A stretch of DNA of 64,000 nt. It comes from an uncultured Chloroflexia bacterium (GTDB lineage Bacteria > Chloroflexota > Dehalococcoidia > DSTF01 > JALHUB01). The notes under the pieces were generated by a model. The model ran no database searches, was not told where the DNA came from, and saw only the letters and a list, made by a program, of their open reading frames with translations. The stretch covers positions 32,001 to 96,000 of the forward strand of contig CAVSBT010000025.1 of assembly GCA_963726245.1 (NCBI GenBank), given 5' to 3'. Positions 47,576-57,381 of the stretch are shown here, one piece after another; position 1 is the first letter of the stretch, and every line of letters begins with the position of its first letter. Both the position numbers and the translations under genes were made by a program.

Positions 47576-48875
47576 TAAGGGCCCTCGCCTCATCTCGCCA
47601 CCCCGGCCGCCATCCAGACCTCGGACCAGCGCCACCTCATCCGCGCGACTTTGGGCCTCGCCGTCCAGCCTGGCGGCGCGGAGGCGCGCCAGCATCTGGC
47701 CCATGGCGGGCCCGGGCGCCACGCCCAGCGCCAGGAGGTCCCGCCCGCGCAGCGAGGGCCGCCGATAGCGCCAGTGCTCAAGGTACTGCCACAGCCGCCT
47801 CTGCACGCTGCCTGAAGGCTCCAGCAGGGCGTGGGCGCACACGGCGGCGGCGCTGAAGGGCTCCAGGATAGCCACCACCTGGCTCGGCCGCAGGCCTGGC
47901 GCCTCCAACTGCGACGCCTCCTCGCGCAGGCGGACGCCATCGCGCAGGGCGCGCTCCCAGGCGCCGTGCAGAGCGAGACGGAGGACCGCGCTCTCGACTT
48001 GGGCCGGCGTGGCGCCGGCGGCCAGCAGACAGAGGTACACCTCAGACAAAGGCGCGATGGGCCGGCCGCGCGCGGCGACGAAGGCAGCGGCCCGCCGCCG
48101 GTCGAAGGAGAGGGCAGGGTGAAGAGCAGCCAGCACGCCCAGTGCCTGAGCGCGGGCCAGGATGCGTTCCAGGCAGTCCTCGGCCAAGATCGCGAGCAGC
48201 TCGCGGCGCAGGCGGGCGCCGCTGATGGTGTCCAGATAGGAGAGGTCGCGGCACAGCAGGCGTTGCGTCCCGGGCTCGAGCCGGAAGCCAAGACGGCCCT
48301 CATAGCGCAGGCCGCGGAGGATGCGTGTCGCATCATCCTGGAAGCTGCGCTCGTGGAGCACGCTCAGGCGTCGAGCCGCAATGTCTCGCCGCCCGCCGTG
48401 GGGGTCCAGCAGTCGACCGGCCTGCCTCACCAGCGAGGCACAGGGCAAGGGCGTTGACCGTGAAGTCGCGGCGGGCCAGGTCCTGAGCGATGGCGGCGGG
48501 ACGGACGGAGGGCAGGGCGCCCGGCCGCTCGTAGTGCTCGTCGCGGGTCCGAGCCAGGTCGAGGCTGATGTCCGGGCCGCCCGCCTGTCCGGCAGGCAGG
48601 CGCAGGCTGGCTGTCCCGAAGCGCTGGTGGACGGTTAGCCGCGCCCCGACGGCAACCGCCACCTCCTCCGCCAGCGAGGCGGCGTCTCCTTCCACCGCCA
48701 GGTCCACGTCCAGGTGAGGCCGCTCCAGCAGGAGATCGCGGACGCCGCCTCCCACAAGGTAGAGCGACAGGCCACGCTGGCGCGCCACCTTGATAGTCTC
48801 GGCTACGGCGGATGCCATCGGCCCCGAAAGGCGCGAGAGGAGCTTCGCGACCAGCGTGGTTTCCTGTATGGACAT
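47573..48875 (-). CDS. cca: CCA tRNA nucleotidyltransferase / poly(A) polymerase family (frameshift near 48410)
   Basis: LYLVGGGVRDLLL, DVDL, RFGT, DLARRDFTVNALA, SFQDDATRILRGLRY. Confidence 0.9.
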
Positions 48876-49002
48876 GTCGAGCCAGATTGCCCGCGAGTGG
48901 AATTAAGCGGAGACCGGCGCTTAGATTGATGATCAAGCCGTTGGCGCCGCCATTATAGCATGTCTCCTTGACAAACTCAGGGAGCCATTCCTATCATGGC
49001 CG

Positions 49003-49240
49003 TGGCCTGTGACAGGCGGAGGCGGGGCCGCCGTCTCAATAGCTGCTTCGAGTACGGAGCGCCGTCTGGCAGCGGTGAGCCGTTCGCCAGGCGCAAGCCG
49101 CGGCGGGCTTAGCCGATGGGCTGACCGGGGGTCGTCTAACGTCATCGGCCTTATTGAAGTCGCTACGGCGGATTCGTAAGGCTGTCCCCGGAGTCTGAGT
49201 TCGAATCAGGCAGACCGCCCGCAGGCGGTCTTATCGTTTT
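49003..49240 (+). ncRNA. Unassigned highly structured RNA / leader upstream of rnc
   Basis: TTGACA(48968)-18 bp-TATCAT(48992) promoter, six or more consecutive hairpins, and a terminator-like AGACCGCC-CGCA-GGCGGTCT-TATCGTTTT. Confidence 0.5.
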
Positions 49241-49277
49241 CGCGTCCGGTGCGACGCGTCGCCATGGAGGTCGGGCG

Positions 49278-49973
49278 TTGGTCGACTGGAAGGAACTGCA
49301 AAGCCGCCTAGGCATTACCTTTCAGAACCCATCCCTCTTGCACCAGGCCTTCGTCCATCGCTCCTACCTTAACGAGAACCCCGAAGCCAAGCTCGTCTCG
49401 AACGAGCGGCTTGAGTTCCTGGGTGACGCCGCGTTGGGGCTCGTTGTAGCTCAGCGACTCTATGAGCTCTTCCCCACCCATGAGGAGGGTCTGCTAACGG
49501 AATTGAGAGCCCATCTGGTGCGACGCGACACGCTGGCCCACGCTGCCGGACGGCTGGGGCTCGGAGACTGCCTGCAGGTCGGACGGGGCGAGGAGTCGGC
49601 CGGGGGACGCCGCCGTCCCAGCAATCTCGCTGCTGTGTTCGAGGCCGTCGCCGGCTCGATCCTTGTGGACCAGGGACTGGCAGGCGTCGACAGCTTCGTC
49701 ACCTCAGCCCTGGCCGAGGAGCTGGAGGGCGTGCGATCGGGCGTCGCGCCGGCGGACCCCAAGTCGCGGCTCCAGGTTCTGGTGCAGTCTCAGGGGCAGC
49801 CTCTGCCCGAGTACCGTACATCAAGAGTGGAGGGACCGGAACACGCCCGCCTCTTCACCGTCGAGGTGTGCCTGGACGGTAAGATCCTGGGTGTGGGCCA
49901 GGGCAAGACCAAGCGCCAGGCTGAGCGGGAGGCCGCCCGTCACGCCCTGGTCGAACTGGAGGTCCCTTCTTAG
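49278..49973 (+). CDS. rnc: Ribonuclease III
   Basis: HRSY, NERLEFLGDA, FEAVAG, DPKSRLQ dsRBD; TTG start with GGAGG. Confidence 0.97.
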   Translation: MVDWKELQSRLGITFQNPSLLHQAFVHRSYLNENPEAKLVSNERLEFLGDAALGLVVAQRLYELFPTHEEGLLTELRAHLVRRDTLAHAAGRLGLGDCLQVGRGEESAGGRRRPSNLAAVFEAVAGSILVDQGLAGVDSFVTSALAEELEGVRSGVAPADPKSRLQVLVQSQGQPLPEYRTSRVEGPEHARLFTVEVCLDGKILGVGQGKTKRQAEREAARHALVELEVPS

Positions 49974-50042
49974 CCAGCCCCAACCAGCCCGTGGGCCCGC
50001 CTTTGGCGGGCCAGCCCGCCGACAGGCAGGCAGGGAGAAGAG

Positions 50043-53000
50043 ATGTACCTGAAGAGGCTGGAACTGCTGGGGTTCAAGAGCTTCGCCACACGCACCCAGT
50101 TTGAGTTTGGGCCGGGCGTCACGGCCGTCGTCGGACCCAACGGCTCCGGCAAGACCAACGTGGCCGAAGCCATGCGCTGGGTCCTGGGCGAGCAGAGCAG
50201 TCGCCAGCTCCGGGCCCGCAAGCTCGAAGACGTCATCTTCGCCGGCAGCTCCCAGCGCGCGCCCCTCGGCATGGCCGAGGTCAGCATTACCCTCGACAAC
50301 AGCGACAAGTGGCTCCCCATCGACTTCGGCGAGGTCGTGGTCACCCGTCGCGCCTACCGCGACGGCGATAGCGAGTACTTAATCAACCGCGGCCGCGTCC
50401 GGCTGAAGGATGTGGTGGACCTCTTCCTGCGGGCTCAGGTTGGGCAGAATAGCTACGCCTTCATGGGCCAGGGCCTGGTGGAGGCTGTCCTCGGTCTGCG
50501 ACCCGAAGAGCGGCGCGGCCTGGTGGAGGAGGCGGCCGACGTCCGCCGCCACCGCCTGAAGCTCGAAGATGCCCATAACAAGCTCGCCGCCACGCACGAG
50601 AACCTGGAGCGCGTCCGCCTGCTGGTCGGCGAGCTGGGGCCGCGCCTGGCCCAGTTGGAGCGCCAGGCTGAGCGGGCCGCTTCCCACGTGCGCCTCACGC
50701 AGGATCTGGCGCAGGCCCTTCAGACCTGGTACGAGCACCAGTGGCGCGATGCCCAAGAACTGCTGGCAGCGGCCCGTGCCGCCTGCGACCAGCGCCAGGA
50801 GGGATTTCAGGGCGCTCAGACGCAGGTGACCGCCTGTGATGACGGGCTGCGCGCCCTGGAGGCCGCCCTGGAGGAGCGGCGGCGCGAGATCAGCGGCAGC
50901 GAAGAGGCCCTGGCCGCCCTTAGCGAGCGGCAGCGGCGCGTCGAGCAGAGCATCGCGGTCGACTCGGAGCGCCTCTCCCTCCTGGAGTCGCGAGGCCAGG
51001 AACTGACGGCCGAGCGCAGCGAGCTCCAGGCGGAGCGAGATTCGCCTGGCCTCTGAGTCTGAGGATACGGCCCGCCGGCTGGAGTCGCTTGAGTCAGAGC
51101 TGACGGAAGCCCGCTCCGGCCTGGCTGCCCAGGAGTCGGATCTGGAGGCGGCGGAGCGTGAGCTCGCCATGGCGAGAGAGACGGCCCTGGAGGCGGAAGG
51201 CGATGCGATACGCGCCAACGCCTCCCTCCAGGGGGTCGAGGGCCGCGTCGAGCGGCTGCGGGCGGGCGCGCCTATCGGACAGGCAGGCAGCGAAGCGCCG
51301 CGTCGATCCGAGGAGCGGGCGGCGCGCCGAAAAGCACTGTTGACAGAGCTGGCCGGCCTCGGCGAGCGCTATCGCCAGGCTCGCGGCGAGGAAGGGGCGG
51401 CCGCCATCGAGGCGGAGGCCATGGCCCGCGAGGCCGAAGGACTGCGCCATCAGCAGGAAGAGGACCAGCGGGCCCTGGCCGCAGCCCGGGAGCGTCTGCG
51501 CGTCATCGCGGTGCGCCGCGAGCAGTTGGAGACGCGGCTTGGCGCCCTCAAGGCCGCCCACGAGCAGCAGGTGGGCTTCGACGCCGCCATACGAGCCGTC
51601 CTGACGGCGGGTGGCGTCCTGGAGGCGGAGGAGGGTCTGGGCGCAGAGCTGAGGCTGGAAGGCATCATCGGCCTAGTTGGCCGGCTGCTGCGGGTGCCGC
51701 CCGGCCTGGAACGCGCCATCGAGGCCGCCCTGGCCGAGAACATCCAGGCTGTCGTCGCCGAATGCCAGGCCGACGCCCTGGCCGCCGTCGACCTGCTCTC
51801 GCGGCGAGAAGTGGGGCGGGTCACCATCTACCCCCTGGACACCCTACGCGAGACACACCCTCTGGCCCTGCTAAAGGACAAGGGCATCCTGGGTGTAGCA
51901 TCACAGCTTGTGCGCTGCGACCGCCGCTACCGTCCTCTGATCGACACCCTCCTGGGGCGCGTCATTGTCGTCGAGGACCTGGAGCTGGCGCAGCGGGTGC
52001 TCAAGCGAGGCCTGGGCAGCGTGGTCACCCTGGACGGGGTGCTGCTGAAGCCCGTCGGCTCTGTGAGCGGCGGCACTTCGGCACGGGCCAAGGAGGCGCT
52101 GACGCTGGGGCGCGACCTGGAGGAGATCCCTGAGGAGCTGGCGGGACTGGAGACAAACTGGCAGGACCTGGAAGCTCAGGTCCAAGCACTCGCTGGCTCA
52201 CGGTCAGCCGCCGAAGAGGCCCTGGCCGATCGCGCGCGGCGTCGCCATGACGCGGAGGCGCGTCGGGCTGCCGCGCAGCAGAGGCTGACGGAGGTGCGAG
52301 GTGAGCTGAGCGCCCTACGCGGCGAGGCGCGCTGGCTGCACGAGGACATCCTGCGCGAGCAGGCTCTGCTGGCCGCCGCCGAACAGGAGCGGCTGGAGCT
52401 CCAGGAGGAGAAGCAGCGTCTGACCCGCGAGGCCGCGACCGCAGGCACCGAGCTGCAACGGGCGCGAGAGGCGGTCGAAGAAGCGACCGGCCGCCGCCGT
52501 TCGCTGGCCGCAGCCTCGGCCGAGGCGGCGCGCGAGGTCTCGGTCCTGGCAGGGCAGCAGGAGGCGCTGGCCAGGCGTCGCCAGGCGGACGGGGGCGCCC
52601 TCCAGCGGCTGGAGAGCCAGTTGGAGACGCGTGGCGCCCAGGCGTCCCGCCTCGAGGCCGAGCTCTCCGCCGTCCGGGAGCGCCTGCAGCTTGAGCGAGC
52701 AGCAGCGGGACGTGGGGGCGCAGGAGCTAATTGCTCTCGAGCGGGACCTTGAGCCCGCACGACAGGAGCGGGCCCAGCTCGAATCGCGTGAACGCAGCCT
52801 GCGCGGCGAGCTGGCCGCCGGCCAGCAGCGGCTCCTGGCCGCCGAGCGTGCGCTGATGGAGGCGGAATCGGAGGTGCGCCTGCGCTCCGAGGAGTTGGAC
52901 GCCCTTCGCCAGACCATCGAGGCTGAGGGGCTGGTGCCCACGGACTCCGGCGAGGTCAGGGCGGGCGCCGGCGCCGAGTCTGCGCTGCCCGCCTGGCTGA

Positions 53001-53722
53001 CGTCTCGGGAGGACGGCGGCGCCGAAGAGTCGTTGCCGCCAATGCGGGGCGGCGCCCAGGTCGACCCCGTTCGTCTCAAGGAGCGCATCGCCGAGCTGCG
53101 GGGGCAGTTGCGGTCGATGGGGCCCGTCAACGCCCAGGCCCAGGTCGACTACAGCGAGAACAAGGAGCGCCACGACTTCCTGCGCGGCCAGATGGAAGAT
53201 CTTCGAGAGGCGGAGACATCGCTGCGGGCCGCCATCAGCGAGCTGGAGGGGCTGATCAAGAAGCGCTTCCAGTCCACCTTCAAGCAGGTGAACAAGGAGT
53301 TCCAGAGCAACTTCGCTGCCTTCTTCGGCGGCGGCAGCGCCGAGCTGGTTCTGACGCGCGCTCAAGACGGCGGCGCCGGCATCGAGATCGTGGCGCAGCC
53401 GCCGGGCAAGCGCCTGGGCAGCCTGGCCATGATGTCGGGCGGCGAGAGGGCGCTCACCGCGGCGGCCCTCCTCTTCGCCCTCCTCCAGACCCATCCCTCG
53501 CCCATGTGCGTTCTCGACGAGGTGGACGCCATGCTGGACGAAGCAAACGTGAGCCGCTTCGTCGAGGCTCTGCGCCGGCTGGCCCAGCGAACGCAGTTCA
53601 TCATCATCACCCACAACCGCCGCACCATCGAGGTGGCCGACGCCATCTACGGCGTCTCCATGGGCCGCGACAGCACCTCCAACGTCCTTTCCCTCCGCCT
53701 GGCAGACGTGGCCGCTGGCTAG
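50043..53722 (+). CDS. smc: Chromosome segregation protein SMC (frameshifts near 51042 and 52695)
   Basis: GFKSFA, GPNGSGKTN, coiled coils, hinge (VTLDG..GSVSGG), SGGE, LDEVDA, ITH. Confidence 0.95.
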
Positions 53723-53841
53723 GGGCGATTTGTCAGGTTGACCGCTCTGCGTTGGGCGCTCGCCCTCGAACAAGTTCCCTTTCTTGACCCCCTTCCGGCG
53801 CCGATGTACGATGGCCTGCGAGAACGAAGGGAGTAACGCCC

Positions 53842-54823
53842 CTGGTAGGCCTCTTTCGCCGCGCCTCCAAGAGCGAGGAGCACACCGAACAACCGCCCTC
53901 GGCTGAGCTCACGGCCGAGGCTCTTGAGCGCACCCGCCGCTCCTGGTTCAGCCGCGTCACCCGCCTTTTCGACCGTCCTTCTTTCGACGAGGACCTCTGG
54001 CTGGAGCTGGAGGAGCTCCTCATCGGCGCCGACACGGGCGTCACTACCACCCAGAAGGTGCTGGACCGCCTGCGGGAGCGCGTGGCGTCGGAGCGCCTGC
54101 GGGAGCCCGCCGCCGTGCAGGCCGCACTCAAGGAGGAGACTGGTCGCCATCCTGCGGGCCACCGAGCCACGCGGCCGCCTCTGGCGCACGGACGGCACCG
54201 AGGCGCCTCCTCGACCGGCCATCATCCTGGTGGTTGGCGTCAACGGCAGCGGCAAGACCACCACCATCGCCAAGCTGGCGCATGCCTCCCGCGCCGAAGG
54301 CGGCCGGGTCGTGGTGGCTGCCGCCGATACCTTCCGCGCCGCCGCCATCGACCAGATGCGCCTCTGGGGGGAGCGCGTCGGCGCCGACGTGGTCGCTCAC
54401 CGGCCGGGCGCCGACCCCAGCGCCGTGGTGTTCGACGCCCTGGCGGCCGCGCAGAGCCGCGCCGCCGACGCCGTCATCATCGACACGGCGGGCCGCCTGC
54501 ACACCAAGACCAACCTCATGGAGGAGCTGCGCAAGATCCGCCGCGTCATCCAGCGTCACGATGCCACCGGCCCGCACGAGGTGCTCCTGGTCCTGGACGC
54601 CACGACGGGCCAAAACGCTCTCATCCAGGCGCAGGCCTTCTCGGAGGCGGTGGAGGTGACGGCTATCTGCCTCACCAAGCTGGACGGGACCTCTAAGGGA
54701 GGCATCGTCTTCGCGATCTGCGACCAGTTGGGGCTGCCGGTGCTCTTCGTGGGCACCGGGGAGCAGCCCGAGGACCTGAGCCCCTTCTCGCCTGAGGAGT
54801 TCGTTGAGGCTCTTTTTGCCTGA
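53842..54823 (+). CDS. ftsY: SRP receptor FtsY (probable CTG start; frameshift near 54140)
   Basis: LEELLIGADTG, GVNGSGKTTTIAK, DTFRAAA, DTAGR, TKLDG; rnc-smc-ftsY synteny. Confidence 0.93.
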
Positions 54824-54915
54824 GCATCCGGCGCGTCGACTTCTTCCGGTGGAACCCGTGCACCACGGTCCACGTATCGATGGAGAGAAGCGCCGGCTGC
54901 CCGGCGCCTGCCACG

Positions 54916-57381
54916 ATGATTGAGGCTCTATCCTGGTGGTTCGTTATCCAGCTCGTGGGGCTGGCGGCCTTCCCGCTGGCCTACGGCTTCTTTCGCCGCC
55001 TTCCCGATCGGGGGTGGGCCCTTAGCAAGCCATTTGGCATCCTCTTCCTTGTCTATCTCTTCTGGATCCTCAACAGCGCTCACGTCTTGCCCAACAGTCA
55101 ACGGGGCGTAATCTGGGCCCTCTTCCTGCTGGCACTGCCCGCGGCCTGGGTCCTCTGGCGCCGCCGCGAGGAGGCGTGGCGCTTTCTGGAGGAGCGCTGG
55201 CGGTACATCCTGGTGGTGGAGGGGCTCTTCACCCTGGTCTTCGTCGTGGGTGGGTTCCTGCGCTCCTATGTGCCCGAGATCGACGGCACTGAGAAACCCA
55301 TGGACTTCGCCTTCATCAACGCCATCAGCCGCGCCGACAACTTCCCGCCCGCGGACCCCTGGCTCTCGGGCCACTCCATCAGCTACTACTACTTCGGTCA
55401 CTTGATGGTGTCGACCCTGGGCAAGCTGTCGGCGGTGCCGACCAGCTTCGCCTTCAACCTGGGTCTGATGACAGTGGCGGGGCTGGCTGCCACCTCCGCC
55501 TTCGCCATCGCCTACAACCTGGTCGCGATGCGCCACGACGCCGGCGGCAGCCCGTCCTCCCCGGCGAAGTCGTCTCCCGCACCAGAGGCTGATCCGCCGC
55601 CAGCGAAGCCGGAGAAGGAGAAGCGGCCGGCGACGATCGCTGCCCGCCTCCTGCGCACACCCTATCTGTATGGGCTGGCCGCGGCTGCCTTGGTGGTGCT
55701 GTTCGCCAACCTGGAGGGCGTCCTCGAGATGCTGGCCGCCCACGGCATCGGCGGCAGCGGCTTCTACAACTGGATCGGCATTCAGGACCTGAGCGCCGGT
55801 AAGACGACCACGGCGTGGTACCCCACCGAGCACTGGTTCTGGTGGCGAGCCACGCGCATCATCCCGAATACGATCACCGAGTTCCCCTTCTTCAGCTTCC
55901 TGCTGGGCGACATGCACCCCCACGTCATGGCCATGCCCTTCGTGCTGATGACGGTGGCGACGGCGTTTCTTCTCTTTCGCCAGGAGGAGCGATTGGACGC
56001 CGCCTTCTGGGTGCGACACCCCTTCATGCTGCTGGCGACGGGCGTGATGGTGGGCGGCCTCCTCTTCCTCAACACCTGGGACATGCCGACCTTCGCCTTC
56101 CTGGTAGTGGCGTTCGCCTTCCTGCGAAATCGCCTGGCGCTGGGAGGCTGGAGCTGGCGCCCACTGGTCGCCACGACCCTCGGCTTCGCCCTGCCCTTGC
56201 TGTTCGTCGCGGTAGCCGCCTACATCCCCTTCTACGGCAACTTCAGCAGCCAGGCGTCGGGCATCACACCGGTCGTGGACACAAGCACCCGTCCCCTGCA
56301 TGCCCTGCTGATCTGGGGGCCTCTGGCAGTACTGCTCATCCCCTTCCTTTGGCAAAGGCTGGCCACTCCTGAGGGGCCCGCCATTCGGGCCCGCCACCTC
56401 CGGCTGGCCCTGGCGCCGGGAGCCCTGATCCTGCTGGTCTGGGCCTTCTGGGTGCTGTGGCTCAACGGCCTCGGAGGCTTGGGCGACCAGATCGCCGACC
56501 GGCGCGGCGGCTGGATCACGGCGGCGGTGCTTATTGGTCTTCTGGCAGCCCTTCTCCTCGCCCTCTGGCGTGAGATAGAGACGGAGCGAACGTCGGAACA
56601 GGGGAGACTGCCGGTGCTCTTCGCCCTGGGGCTGGCCGCCATCGCTGTGCTGCTGGTGCTGGGCGCCGAGTTCTTCTACGTTGAAGACGTCTTCGGCAAT
56701 CGCATGAACACCGTCTTCAAGCTGTATTACCAGGCCTGGCTGCTGCTGGCGGTAGCCGGAAGCTTCGCGCTTTACCGGCTGGCCTCGTCCTCCTGGGGCG
56801 AGAGCTGGGGCCCTCGCCGCTGGCGGGTCTCCTGGTTGAGTGCGATAGGGTTTGTCCTGGCGGCATCCCTGGTCTATCCTTTGGCCGCTACGTTCAACCG
56901 GACGAACGGCTTCGATGCCCCCCGAACGCTGGATGGGCTGGCCTTTGCCCGGTCCGGCGCGGATTTCGGGGCTGTCAACTGGCTGATGGCGCACGTGGAC
57001 GACACAGCGGTGGTGGCAGAGGCGGTGGGCAACTCCTACGGGCCAGCCGCCCGCGTGGCGGCCTGGACAGGTCTGACCACCCCTATCGGTTGGCCCGGCC
57101 ACGAGAGCCAGTGGCGCTGCAAGCCGGGCGACGCCTGTCAAGTACTGGATGGACGCTACGACGACATGGAGCGCCTGTACCGCACGACCGACGAGAAGGA
57201 GGCGCGGGCCATTCTCGACAAGTACGGCGTCACTTTCGTCTTCGTCGGCTCCGTCGAGAAGGAGAGTTACCCCGCGGAGGGACTCGCGAAGTTTGACAGC
57301 ATGCTGCCGGTGGCCTACCAGGACGGCGGCGCCACAGTCTACCGGGCGGCCCGCGCGCTGGCCCTGGGGGGCGGGCAGTGA
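54916..57381 (+). CDS. DUF2298 / Chlor_Arch_YYY polytopic membrane protein (GT-C-like)
   Basis: EKPMDFAF, PPADPWLSG..ISYYYFGH, ITEFPFFSFLLGDMHPH, NTWD, RMNTVFKLYYQAW, GWPGHE.QWR. Confidence 0.88.
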   Translation: MIEALSWWFVIQLVGLAAFPLAYGFFRRLPDRGWALSKPFGILFLVYLFWILNSAHVLPNSQRGVIWALFLLALPAAWVLWRRREEAWRFLEERWRYILVVEGLFTLVFVVGGFLRSYVPEIDGTEKPMDFAFINAISRADNFPPADPWLSGHSISYYYFGHLMVSTLGKLSAVPTSFAFNLGLMTVAGLAATSAFAIAYNLVAMRHDAGGSPSSPAKSSPAPEADPPPAKPEKEKRPATIAARLLRTPYLYGLAAAALVVLFANLEGVLEMLAAHGIGGSGFYNWIGIQDLSAGKTTTAWYPTEHWFWWRATRIIPNTITEFPFFSFLLGDMHPHVMAMPFVLMTVATAFLLFRQEERLDAAFWVRHPFMLLATGVMVGGLLFLNTWDMPTFAFLVVAFAFLRNRLALGGWSWRPLVATTLGFALPLLFVAVAAYIPFYGNFSSQASGITPVVDTSTRPLHALLIWGPLAVLLIPFLWQRLATPEGPAIRARHLRLALAPGALILLVWAFWVLWLNGLGGLGDQIADRRGGWITAAVLIGLLAALLLALWREIETERTSEQGRLPVLFALGLAAIAVLLVLGAEFFYVEDVFGNRMNTVFKLYYQAWLLLAVAGSFALYRLASSSWGESWGPRRWRVSWLSAIGFVLAASLVYPLAATFNRTNGFDAPRTLDGLAFARSGADFGAVNWLMAHVDDTAVVAEAVGNSYGPAARVAAWTGLTTPIGWPGHESQWRCKPGDACQVLDGRYDDMERLYRTTDEKEARAILDKYGVTFVFVGSVEKESYPAEGLAKFDSMLPVAYQDGGATVYRAARALALGGGQ

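Noticed and set aside
49003-49240. tmRNA, RNase P RNA or lysine riboswitch
   Set aside because: No tRNA-like acceptor ends or tag ORF, no GAGGAAAGTCC, and incomplete lysine riboswitch elements in an unrelated gene context.
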